Positions 37,185 through 49,900 of a DNA stretch of 64,000 nucleotides are shown one piece after another. The DNA is from Botryllus schlosseri (Eukaryota): the NCBI GenBank assembly GCA_051294905.1, contig CM119378.1, forward strand, positions 12,276,001-12,340,000. The letters are read 5' to 3'. The notes under the pieces were generated by a model. The model worked only from the letters and a program-made list of their open reading frames with translations, was not told the DNA's origin and searched no databases. Position numbers and translations under genes: made by a program. The number at the start of each line of letters is the position of its first letter. Position 1 is the stretch's first letter.

Positions 37185-38029
37185 GATAGATATCGCAGCC
37201 AAGTAGGTCCCGCTGTATAGCCTCAGTACTTTCTGTAACACATCTCACGAAAGCACGGATGCAACGATTTATCCGCCGAATCTTACAGTTGAAAATGTAC
37301 CAAGTAAAAAGCATAGGTAGGCCTATCATTAGAGGGATTTGCATTTACCTGCACGTACGTAAGCTGTAGCATATACATCATACTGACAGTGAGTTGAAAT
37401 ACAGCATAATAGAATCCGAAGGATTCAAATCTGTCAGAATATAGTTACAATAAGAACTGTTGCCGGCGTTCATTAATCTAAATTAACTGATATATAAAAT
37501 AAGATCACACATGATTTACATAACTTGATGTGGTTGTTGATGTAGATTTTCTTGTGGCGATTTCACGACGGATTCCTAGTAAAAAAACGGATTTGTTTTC
37601 TTTGAGCCGCACGCTTCTAAATATACCGTTCAGCCTTCACGAATTTGGATCCGAGCCGCATCAATAATCTGTTCCCACAAGTTTTATTTAGTGATGTCAC
37701 GCTTTATTGGATCTTGAAATTACAATATCGGTGCTTAAGCTCTCGTGGATCAGGATCGTTGTACTTTTGAAGCCGTGCTCGCGATTTGTATTGAGCTATA
37801 GAAATGCGCAACACTCTCACAATTGAACCATAGGACACGCAAATCGCTGCAGTTTTTCAGGAGTATCTATTATTTATAGGTGTATACAGACGAGGAAAGT
37901 TACGCTGTAAACTAACGTCGTTTATTTCGCGATTTCCCCTGTAGTGCAGAATTCAAATCAGATAAACGCCAACTTCTGGTACAACATTTTGCTTTCATAC
38001 CCATCCAAATGGTTGAAACCGATTCAAAT

Positions 38030-38332
38030 ACACCAATCCCTACGGTCGCGCCTACCTTGGGGGCGTGAAAGGATCTGAAGGGGGCCCGAAGCTTCGGTTA
38101 AGCTGTGATTTACCCACAATTGATGATTTTTGCTCTCTAGTCTCTGTATTGTCCGAATTTCATATTGGAGAATTCTCTCATTCTCTCAAATCATAACCTT
38201 CAATCAATGCCATCAAACTATACGTTGGGATTGCTTGCATTCTGGTTGCATTTTGTGATATGACGATAAGGGGAGCGCCAAGTATTCACTGTCATGAAGG
38301 GGTTCGCGTCTACTAAAGTTTGAGAATCACTG
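38030..38332. mobile_element. Partial hAT (Charlie-like) MITE
   Basis: Right end GGGGTTCGCG...AAAGTTTGAGAATCACTG (reverse complement CAGTGATTCTCAAACTTT); left end degenerate. Confidence 0.4.
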
Positions 38333-41300
38333 CTATGGAGATGTATCCGTTTGGTGGAACGGATTCTGTTCACGCGCACGACCCAAAAACGGCATAAATG
38401 TGATATATAAATAAACAGCACCTATACCACACCCCTGGGATATATCTCCATGAGGATTGGTGTATTTGACTCGTTTTACCTGTAAGAATGTATAATGAAT
38501 ACGTGAAAAGGCAAGCTACAACGTGACATCACGAATCAAAAGTGAAATGATATCATAATGAGGCCTCGCACTCGAAATACGAAACTTTCAATGAGCTTTT
38601 ACCCACCCTTAACCCCACATTGATCATTTACTCCGGGCCGATGTTCTGTATTATGATTCCGTATCTTATTCCGTATGATTCCCTATCCGTATCTTAACCA
38701 TAATGGCGGAAGCGGTAATGTCGATATGAATAAGGAAGGAGAGATAGTAAATTATGAATACTTATCTTACACAGTCACTATACATTTGTTATTTCGTGAT
38801 TTAGATTCACAAGTGGCTTTGGTTTATCTGCGGTGAGATTTGAGCCGCGTTAAATGCAAGTCATCGTGAACGCATTATGGCTCGCTTGTTGATTTCGTTA
38901 AAGCAATTCGTTTACTTGCAGCGCGGGGACGAACATCGCCAGATGTCAACATTTCGATCAGAAACCTTCCGTTCGTCATAGGCAACAAGGCAGCGGTGTC
39001 TAATATACGGACATTGAGGATAACCGAAATTGTTTGATCCTGCCGCGGATAGAGATACCTCAATATCTTCGCTTTGCACGATCCATTGCATATGAAAAGA
39101 CTGGTATACACCCGTCGGATACGAAGCCCTAATCTACCACCAACAAAGATCATTCTTCGTCAACAAAGCCGAAACGTCAAAGGTCGGACTTACATGATAT
39201 TTCGAGTTTTCAGAGTGACTGATCAAATTAGGAACTCCGTATGAAATCACGTGTATGGGACGACGTCATGATTATTCGTTGGCGATCTCTTCTTCGGGTG
39301 ATGTAATGTCGAATATGTACCATTTGTATTTGTTTAGTTATATGTATTTGTTTATTTATGCATCCCGAAAAGACCAGAGGGTCTGCCATATAGCTGTTTC
39401 ACAGTGAGAGTTGAAAACCCGATGAATCCTTGTAATTTCTGAATTAGGAGCAGTAGCATTTCGGAATCGCATCGCGTTATATGTCGCTCTATTTGCCAGA
39501 CACTTGAATCATACTAAAAGACGAAGAAATAGTTATAGGGTACATTCCCCTGTGCACAGTGTACACTGTACGGTGTATTACAGCGTTACAAATAAAAATC
39601 GAACGCAGGTACCAGAGAAAATGGCCTCAGGCCCGGAAATAAGAAAACTGTTTAATGGTTAGTTTCATTATGATCATTCGGTCAACTCTTCCTGAATAAA
39701 TCCGTAATTCGAACCCTCGTTTCCACAAAATTGCTCGCTGTAATACGTATATTTAATGAGCAATTAGGACTGGTTTAATCTGCCAGATGGCCGAGATCAT
39801 CATTTGCTGCTTCTCGATTAATTTGGAACTTCTCTATTTCACCATACTTATTCTCAAAACGGTCAGAAATTTCAAATCACTTAGAACGCACTGTTTAAAT
39901 AGAAATCATCAGCTAAAACATAACAAGCAACCATAACAAGCATAATTGTACTGATAAATATTGTACCATTTTCGTGTTGCACAATGCATGGAATCCGGAA
40001 TCGGAATTAATTTCCGTCCAATAAATCATCCGAGAATCAAGGCATAGGTTTATACGCATCAAAGATTACTAACTTCATTTTAAGCATGCTTCCCACGGTA
40101 CCTATCACAATGTGACATCCGCTGGGTCGATACGATCCATCATATTATAGGAATGATCTCCAATAGCACGCGAGAAAACGCAATACTATGGAAACAAAGA
40201 TGAGCTGTAAACCGATTTGTTTATGAGCAATTACTAAATAGAGTCGCCCGATCCGTTCGATCTTACGCGACCTTTCCAAGAGGCAAATATCGATGCAGAA
40301 TGCATGGAATGAGACCGAGCTTGCTATGAGTTGTAAGAGGATTACTTAGCGGACGCTCCAATTGAAAACAGAACGCACGGAACAGGCTGATGTATATCAC
40401 GAGAGCCATTTACTGCCAATTTTCACCAAGTAAGAGGTTTTTAACCTTAGACTGATACGCGATGATTGCCGATTCCGGGAATTTCCTGTCTTCAGGTTTT
40501 CTGCGATACTGACGGGTAGACGTTGATGTAATTCTAAATTAATGTCCGCGTAGGTGTGCTGAGTATACACAGCTCATTAACCCGTACGAATTACTTACGC
40601 CACTTGTTCTAAATCGTTGCGGGTTCCGCTTATTAACACACCAGTGCATATGTTTTACATGCAGTTTACAACAATCTACTTAGTTTGCAGACCTACTTTT
40701 CATGCAAGCGTTCAGACAAACCCGTGACGCCAATGCAAACAACGTCTCCAGTTCCCTTCTCCTGTATATGTCCACTCGTATCTTATCAAGGATATCGCAC
40801 TATTGCTGTATTTAGAATTGTGTTTCAGGCGCTTCATATTCGGGTCGAAGTGGACAAGTGACGACAGGTAGACGGATTTTTCTTTCAGCAAGCGCAAGAT
40901 ATCAATCATGAGTAAAATGTAATTTCTTGGGACGACAGTCTGAGCTCACTCTTCATCGCGATGGAAATGATTTTACAGCAGAGCCATTTGCAAATCAGTG
41001 AACGATATATTTGTAACGTCGCACATGTCCTTTTCACCTCATGTTTCTCACATCTGGTGGAAACACGTGACCAGAACAGGCATTGCTTCTGATAAACGTT
41101 GCCTTGATAACCGGCCACCCACATTTGGAGAAAAGTTCGCGATTCAGCCGTCAAGTGTCTGATCTGATTACAATCGTGTACGCTTCAAGGTATAGGTGGA
41201 GATAATTCCAGTTTTTATGACACCATGACTTGATTTTCAAAGCGTACGGCCGTGTTGAGTACTATTTAACAAGATAACGTATCCTTTGAGGTTGGCTGCA

Positions 41301-43321
41301 AAAACAAGGTCCCATGCTCATGTGTTTGACACGACTTCATCTATACATCATTTCACGATACAAGACAGCGATTTGATTAGCATGTCGGTTATCCCTCGGA
41401 GATGTTGTTGTACTTCATAGAGAGTATATGAAGCGGTTTTAATCTCGTACGTAGCATTAACACAAGGTCAAGTGTGTTTCTTGTTGTGTTGATGTTGTTG
41501 AGAATTTAAGCTCGCGTGAAGACGGGATAACTGGTAATCTACTTTCGGCTTGAAGCGAGCAGTGTAATCTTTTTAACGAAATATAATTAAAGCGTGTGCA
41601 GGGCGTGACGTTAATCGCCTCGGTTTTACGATGTGACTTGTGGAAGGCCATGCCATTGTGAATAATGAAAGAGGCAATTTTCTCAAACCGACTTTGATAT
41701 GTCGATGTATCACGTACGCATAGCGTGGACCAAAGAACGGTTACACCGAATGTTGGTAAATCATGAGGTGTTTAATTCCTAACAACTGCTGCAGACATCA
41801 CCAGAACATAACATTTGGGTACATGGTTTCAAGACTCTTCTCGGAATAACAGAAATGTATGACGCCATGTACAGGTACACGATATAGCCGCCATGGCAGT
41901 ATATAGTTTGAACAATTGCTCCAACATTACGTCACCATACAAAATCTTGAGTATTGCTATCCGGAGTATTATCATTCGCAGAAGCAAATATTTTCGATAC
42001 ATGCAACGCCATGTACACATCAAATTTACCGCAGTCATCCATAACATTATACTTAGCTATCGCATACTATGCAGCACTTGCGTCAACCGATTAGCCCGTG
42101 AACTCGCATTGTCCCAAAATCGCCCTCACATGACGCAGCATCAAGTGTAAGCTTTTGTTTGGGATTCGCGATCTAAAATCTCGCGTCTTCAAAGCATTAT
42201 GCCCTGTCCTAAGTTATTTCATGTATAGATAATAACTTCAGTAACGAGCAAACATTCTTGTTTGTGCACAAATTATATATGAATCATATATTTTTCTTGC
42301 GCCTAAGTACCAATGCAACTTGTACCGACCACGTTTACATCAGTCTATTAATGTGCTCTGTTACAATCGACTCTTATCTAAGGTGTTCACAAGTGCACTG
42401 CTCCGCTCAGGATCATATGTGAAACTCATTTAACCGCCTCAAGACATCGGACACTTCGTCTAGCCTGTAATTTTGGTTCACTTCAGACCGAGTGTCTGAT
42501 ATGATGCAATCACTGAATATAGAAGCGTTGCCGCGAAAAGTACTAGTAATTACCTGCAAGTTATACTTCAAAACAAGATTAACGACATTAGAAACTGGAG
42601 AAGAGCGACGATGCCTTTTTTGTGTGTTACATTTTCTATGTTAGATCGTTGTTTTGATGAACTTGCATCGTCCCGATCGGCGTATTTACGTATCAACAGG
42701 ACGTGATTGCTCTGTTCTCGAAAAAATGGATTTAAAAGACTATTCATCCTCTCTACTGATATCTGTAAAGCGAAACAACGGAGAAGATGCGAAATCAAAA
42801 CCTCGGTCGGTATTTCCACGGGTGAATTCTCAACGAAAGTGAATGCTCGTACTTCAGATGCACAGTGTACAGACTGTACACTGTACAGTACAGTCCCTAA
42901 TGTGTTTCTTAAAAATCATATATGAAACAGCAAGATATACTTCGGATATGTGCGGAAAATCTAAATGCATTTATTTCGAATTGGCCCTAATCACAGAGTA
43001 TTGTAAATGACCATAGCCATCTAGATGTGTACTAGATGGTAGAAGTTCAGGTAAAGTCGGTTTTGAGTGCGATTGTTACCCCATCCTAAAGGCTTTACGC
43101 ACCGCGGAATGACATTTATCTACAAAAAATAGGTATACTTAGTTCGGGTGGAAATAGCCTGCCATTGATAAAGTCATAGCTTCCAGTTGGTGATTTGTAC
43201 GCGAATTTGGCGGTGGAAATTCAACACAGTGATGATTTGTAATGCGACGTTGCGTTAACATTTGAAGACTTCGGCCTTGCCCAATCCACCCAGCTGTTCC
43301 CGTTTATTGTTAAATCGTTTT

Positions 43322-43836
43322 TAGGGCTGGGCACAATGATTCGAGTACTCGAATCTGAATCGAGTATTAATTTTAATGATTCGAGTCGAGTAGTAAAAGA
43401 AGATTTTTTCGAGTACTAAAATTATACACTCCTCGCAACTGAAAGTTAATTTACTAACGAGAGTTATAGTTTTGATACTATTTTCCAATGAGGAAGCCTT
43501 GAAATCTTGATTGGCCGTATCGCAGCATACAAGACATAGTACAAGGTTAGGAACGTTACTCGAAATAGCACATTTCCGAAGTCATGATCATCCCACATCA
43601 TTGTCAAGAAGTGCAATGAAATCGGGACGGTCGAAAAAATACCAAAGTATCTTGAATGTGACGGATAAGACGCATTATGTTCTTCGTGGTGGTAAAAATG
43701 GTACATATTTGAACTTTGACATAGTACACTAGGTTGTGACGTCATAATGAGTGATACTCGAATACTCGACTCGACTCGAAGCATTTTACGTGATTCAGAA
43801 TCGAATCACCAAGGTACTCGATTTTGCCCAGCCCTA
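43322..43836 (+). mobile_element. ~515-bp hAT MITE family, copy 2
   Basis: TIRs TAGGGCTGGGCACAAT / ATTTTGCCCAGCCCTA; TSD atcgtttt/ctcgtttt (7/8). Confidence 0.93.
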
Positions 43837-45274
43837 CTCGTTTTACGCGACGTTACAATCTCGTGGTGATCAGAGTAGGCTACTTCCTCCTAATCAAGAG
43901 ATCTCATCTGCACATTCATCGGAAGGCATCCGGTTTAGACAACATCCGCAAAGAAAAGATTTATCATTTCGACAGCCCAGCAAGGATAGATCCGTAATTT
44001 GAACCGATGGCATCCTATTGTGGTGCTATCGAATGTGAATCACTGATTAGATTTGTCGGGTACCGGAGAATACCTGTAGCAAAAAGCCCTTGACAATGAA
44101 TTGCGCGAGTGAGTAACGGTGCTATTTTTAGCCGATGCCAATGCCTGCCAAATGCCGTCCGCTTTTATTTTTAAATCAGAAAGAAACTGTTGCTATTTTA
44201 TTCACAACCGACGGAAGTTAGCAGCCGCCGGTAATGTCAAATAACATTTCCCTGATTTGCATTTGTTCCCTTTCTCGATACTTCGCAACGTTAGTGCCAA
44301 TTCCGTCGATCAGTAGCCTACTAATTACAGTTTATTCGAGCTGTAGTTCTGTGTTCCCGGGAGTTTTCGGTGCGCTGAGTAAGTATAATATTTTAGGGAA
44401 TTTGTTCATTGCCACAAGCCCTAGCCACAGCGGACCGAAAGCCTAAATACGAGAATCTGAACTCTGGCTTTGTATTGTGCGGCGCGGCGTGACTTTTGAT
44501 GTATACAAAGTGCGATATTTCTAGTTTTTAATGCCACGCTAAATTGACGGGTTCGTGTGTTGCGATGATTGGATGCTGCGGTTCTCACCAGCGCTATTCC
44601 GGTAATTATTGGTGGAACGCTCCTAAAGTTCTATTGCTTCGCGCCGTGTAATTGCCGGGCAGATGAAAAGCTGTGAAGTGAACCGAAAAGTATTACCTTG
44701 AACCATCCGGTTCCGACCGAAGCACGCCTCTTTTTACACGAGGAGTTATAAATCTAAAGACGCGTCCTTTCACGACTGACGTAAAGGGGCTTGTAATGAA
44801 CTTTCGAAGGCCGAACTAGGTGGTCAGGGTCGATGAGCTCGACTTTCACATGTGTGTTGATTATATATAGACTGCCTCTGCTTGTGCTGCAGGATGCGCC
44901 GGTTCTGTTTTGACATATTGCTTCTAAATCGCGATCACGAAGAATAATTTCGAAATTGCATCTATTCATGATATAGTCACGAATATCTGCATATCGAAGG
45001 AAAGATGTACTCAGGCACTGTGATGAATTTTACGGACTTGCGACGCATCTCATTAAATTGCTTTTAAAACCAATGTTACTTGATATTGATCAAAGTTATG
45101 ATATTAACTGAACTTGAAGTATTTGGGCTTAACTTTTAACGAACTATGCTTCGAATTTGGAGTCTTAGTTTATAATGTAATCATAATATATTAATATATA
45201 CACTCTGACGACCTTTATGGTCAACGTTGGAGAAATCTCTCATTACATCACACGCAGATCTATGTAAGACCAAC

Positions 45275-45321
45275 CGGGGCCTACGATACTACTACTACTA
45301 CGATAAGTATCGTAGGCCCCG
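45275..45321. mobile_element. 47-bp micro-MITE with perfect 16-bp TIRs and a 7-bp TSD
   Basis: gaccaac-[CGGGGCCTACGATACT actactactacgata AGTATCGTAGGCCCCG]-gaccaac; TSD copies at 45268-45274 and 45322-45328. Confidence 0.75.
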
Positions 45322-46551
45322 GACCAACATATCTTAAAGTAACAGTTCGGAAATTGATATCATCCGATTTCACTAAAAGGCAATCGCATTATGAAAAATC
45401 CACACTGTTGCAATCACCACGGTGATGAACGTTCATTAATATTGAATTCAGATGGAATCAGACCTAATTGAGCTCATCCGTGCTGATATCAATTGAGATT
45501 CCATATTTCGCGATTAGAAATGATCCTGCCAATTGGTTCTTGGCTTTCGCTCCATGATACAAACAAGTCCGCTTGTTTGTATCTTGCTAACTCGATCCAT
45601 CCATACTTCGGCATGCTCTCTGGCAGCGACAATAGCGCCGAGGAAACGGAAATGCAATCGTTACATGATAACGAGTAACGACATGTGTGCTTACTGCACG
45701 AGAATGTAACTGTTTTATACATATCATTATTACCGAATAAATACATAAGTGTCGCAACTCTTTACATGTAGCTGATGCTTTTAAATATATGCTTCGTTAC
45801 CGGCGTATACCTCCACGTGAATTTTATCAATTCTTATTCATTTCCCAGCACTATAATTTACTGTTGATCTCCTTTGCTATTGCGTAGCGTGGAACCGGAA
45901 ATGTCCTGAATATCACTTATCTACAAGTTACAAGGCAATAATCCCATTGTCCCAGGTGCTACAAAAGCTTGTAGCCGAAACACTCCCGTATTCGATGATG
46001 TTTAAACAAGCAATTAACAGTGCCACTACACCTGTTGACGCACCAGACAATGGTGTCTGTGTCCATCGGCTTCACGTAAGCCCGCCACCTTCTTTTGACC
46101 CTTGACCGGGATCTGTCTGTGTAACGTAGGCATATAACGTAATTCGTCATACAGGTTCAACTTAAGCCACACAGTAAAGGTGGGTGAAAACAATGCTAGA
46201 TAGATGTCGGTCCCCACTAGATTGTGGTTGGTTGAATTTGTGTTCCGTTAGTTATAAATCTAGGCGCTTCAGCTGTCGCAGTTACCATATCCATCATCAT
46301 GGATGTTCTTTGCACTCTTCACTTTAAAGAACATGGAAGACGTTGCTTTGACCTGATCAGTGATTAACCCTATCATGAAGGTATGAAAAGGTGCATATAG
46401 CGTTGCAACTTTGCAATCGTGATCTTGTAAGTTTAAGGCCGGTCACTTCAGTTCACGTCGCACTGAGTCGCAATTTCAATTTAATGATATGAATGGAGTT
46501 TGTCACAACGAAATAATATTATTTTTTCGGAGTGCTCTAGTAGGTTTTGCC

Positions 46552-46996
46552 TGTACTTGCACTACTTGCTCAGGTGGTGATGTTTTCAAACTGTTTCTAC
46601 TTCTACTTCACAACTTTTTAGGCAAACTATTTTATTTTAAACTGTGTATTTTGTAAAGTAGAAGGTGGTTTTGGGGTATGTTCGTATCACGGTTATAAAT
46701 GAAATTGTCATAACAACTGCTGACGAAATAGCCCATGCGCTTGCGATGTCATTCGTCTTTTTGCGTTAGTCGCTAAGCCGCATCTCCCGGAACTATAGCC
46801 ATCCCGTTTAACTGCTAAAACTATGCGACGCCTCCGCCTCTAGGCTACTTGGCGGACCTTTATTTTTTACTTCCATTTCAGGTGATGTTGACATATTATG
46901 GGAATCGCTACTTGTATATTTGTAATTGAGTAGAAATTTGCGGAGTTAATTCTACTTCTACTGGGGCAGCAACGCTGGCTACTTTGACCACCCCTG
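46552..46996. mobile_element. Tol2-like hAT MITE fragment
   Basis: Ends CTACTTTGACCACCCCTG, has many TACTT subterminal motifs, and is similar to 30291-30682 and 36170-36259. Confidence 0.6.
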
Positions 46997-49900
46997 AATA
47001 TGAATAATTATTGGTAAGAATTCTTTCGTGTCGTTCAGAAGTTCTGAATCATAAACGCGAGGAGAAATTATCCTCAGCTTGGCCTACAACAGTTATACCG
47101 TACATGCCGAATTGAACTATAGTCTTGCATAGCAGATGAAGCTATTATGACGGAGAATATGCAGTGTTGTGTCGATTTCCCGGAGTGCGTATATAGAGGA
47201 CTCGGTTATTAAACAAACGTAATTGACGCGTCTCCCTAACAACATTCTGAAGGAATACTTAACGTATTTTCACGTGTTTCATTTACTATTTCTGGAAACA
47301 TTTTTAGCTCGCTTTTATATTCGCATTACTCGTAATTGAGGAGAATGTTACAGGGTTGTTTATACTCTAACCGTCATCTGACAAAATTTATTTTCTTTTA
47401 GTATGTTCCTGCTGATGCCAGTCACGTGCAAAATCCGATCACGTATATTGGTGGCAGAACATGCAATAACTTGATGTTTACTGAATCTATCTACTGCCAA
47501 ACTGCCATTGTATATTTGCCATGGCCTTTATCTATTCATTCGTAATTACATGAGGTGTAATCTGCCATGTTTCTATGTGTCGGAGGTTTATCTGGGCTCC
47601 TCATCGCCGATCCCGCTGTAAATATAGCGCCTTGAAAAGCCCAGAGGAAGAGATAGCCGAACACCCGAAAGACATTGTGTTAATGCAATTACCGTGTTGG
47701 GCGCAAATAACGTTATGAGCGATAAGCACCAATGTCGTTAATAAAACAAACAGACAAACAAACATGAGGTGTATTGTTAGTTTGTTTGTAGTATTCATGG
47801 TGTTTGCTGACTACTGTGGTCATTTACACCAGGCCAATTTTTCTTCATTTTTCTTCCGTAGGTGTATTGTTTTCTACATTCATATTTCTTGTTAGTTCAT
47901 CCAAAGTTAGCTTATTTATTAATTCAGTTATTAACAGTTTTGCGTCTGCGTGTAGCCAATTTTGCTGGTAAGACGTTCTTGCTCTGGGTGGCTCGGCTTT
48001 AATGACACTGTTATATCGATTCAATTGTTTTTTCCGTGTTTTGTGTCATATATTCTCCTACCTCATGTTTTAAATACAATATTGATTTACACGATTCTTT
48101 CTATCTTTATATATCTTATGGTAACAGCATGGGTGACTACTTTACCAACCCCTCATTTCTCAATACAAAATAACACACGATTCGACTATCGTTTTTTCGG
48201 TTCCTCCGCCGCACAGTGTATCATTATACGATAACGGTTTTGGTGCCGGGAGAATATTGCTTCAATTACGAAGCCCCTAACGATCACGTGTACAAATAGC
48301 TGTGAAAATGATTGCTCAAATTCCGACTCTGATCATCCGAGCGTGTGGTTAGCTCGTCCCTTTTCTGATCATCATAATGAATATAGCATGAACGTTTCTC
48401 TGTGTTGTCATTCTATGACGTGACGGTTTCGTCACGCTTGACTACAAATTAGTAAAACAAACTTGGTGTCTCTCTTGCGATTACAGGTGGCGAATTGACT
48501 TTGATCCACTCTCCATATATCCCGGGACTTTTGATGACAAACACTTTTCGTATATTGGAAGTACAACTCGGAAAAGCCCAGTCTTTTGTACTAGATAAGT
48601 GTTTTCGGCATTGCTTTTATTTCAGTGCTCATGCTTTACTTGTGGGATTTCAAGGATCCTCTATCAATGTATCACAATCTCAGTCGCCCGTTTCGTACCA
48701 AAAAGCGCAAACGTCATGATGGCGATGCCTTAAGTGTTGCCAATTTAGAATCGACTTATTGTATCGAATTTGGTATCGTAGCAACCTTCCGACAGCTGAT
48801 TTACTGCGATGACCAAATCTAGTCTATAATGACTTCTTGCGTCTTTCAAATCTGCCGCACCGCCCGCTTTCTAGAAGACCTAATGTTGTGAATGGCTCTT
48901 CTGAAACCACACAATTGTGATCAGAAGCCCCTCATAAGGCGATTCGCTAGTAATAACTCACCCTATGCAAACATAATAACCTGTTGAATTTGCGATGGTG
49001 GAACATGACGTACATCTCATTCGTCACAGTGCCCCAACAGTGACGCGAGATCATTTTAACGTGATGTCTTTTTTTGCGAGCTATGCACCCAGCATAATCC
49101 AAGTTGCGCGGTTCAGGCAAAGTTCACATATCTTACTCAATTGCACTCCGCGGACTAGTCGTCGGATATATATAGAGCATGCGACAGCCGCATAATTGAG
49201 CAATTATTAAATTACCTGAATTTGCAGTTGGGCAATTTGGTACTGATTTAAGCAATTTTATCTTCGTTGTTACTCATTTCTTCCGATGCCAGATGGAACA
49301 TAGAGAGTATAGATAGACGATAAACCCATCAGTCATACATTTATGCATTGCGTGGGCGCGTAAATCGTTACCTACTTGTGGGGAATCTTTAAGGATTACC
49401 CCAATTACACTGTAAAATGACCCTAAATTACATTTGAGTAGAGTTTACGCAAGCCAACCGCAATAGTTGATTGCATGCGAACTGAGGTCACCTGCAATAC
49501 ATGTAGTAGTAGGGCCTACACTAAATATGCATTGTAATATCCAGTCTATGATGTTACAGCCAATGATTCACATCTCGCTCGAGCGCGTGCATGAAGATAA
49601 CTGAAAATTTCAGCATGAGATTGCTTGCAGTGGTAGGTTGTACTGGGATTCTCTCCTTGATTGATATTGATACCGTTAAGGTTCAAATACCCTACGGTTG
49701 AGCCTTCATCAATATAACTTGAACCCTCGGTGGTCTTGCGATTTGGGATGTCTGTGGGTAGGAAAGTGAAATAAAGCATGCAAAGGTGTGAATTGCTGAA
49801 CTGATGCTATCCCGTTATCCGTTGGGTGCGGATGGATATCCAATAGATCAGAGGCGCTAGGATTATCAAATAGATAGATTTCCGTAACATTACGCGCTCG

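Noticed and set aside
39545-39558. 14-bp palindrome ACAGTGTACACTGT and related TGTACA-rich motifs (2400, 42860, 60872)
   Set aside because: Short, low-complexity and with unrelated flanks; compatible with chance.
47590-47765. Possible SINE/LINE 3' end with an (AAAC)n tail
   Set aside because: Single copy, no head or TSD identified; too weak to list as a feature.
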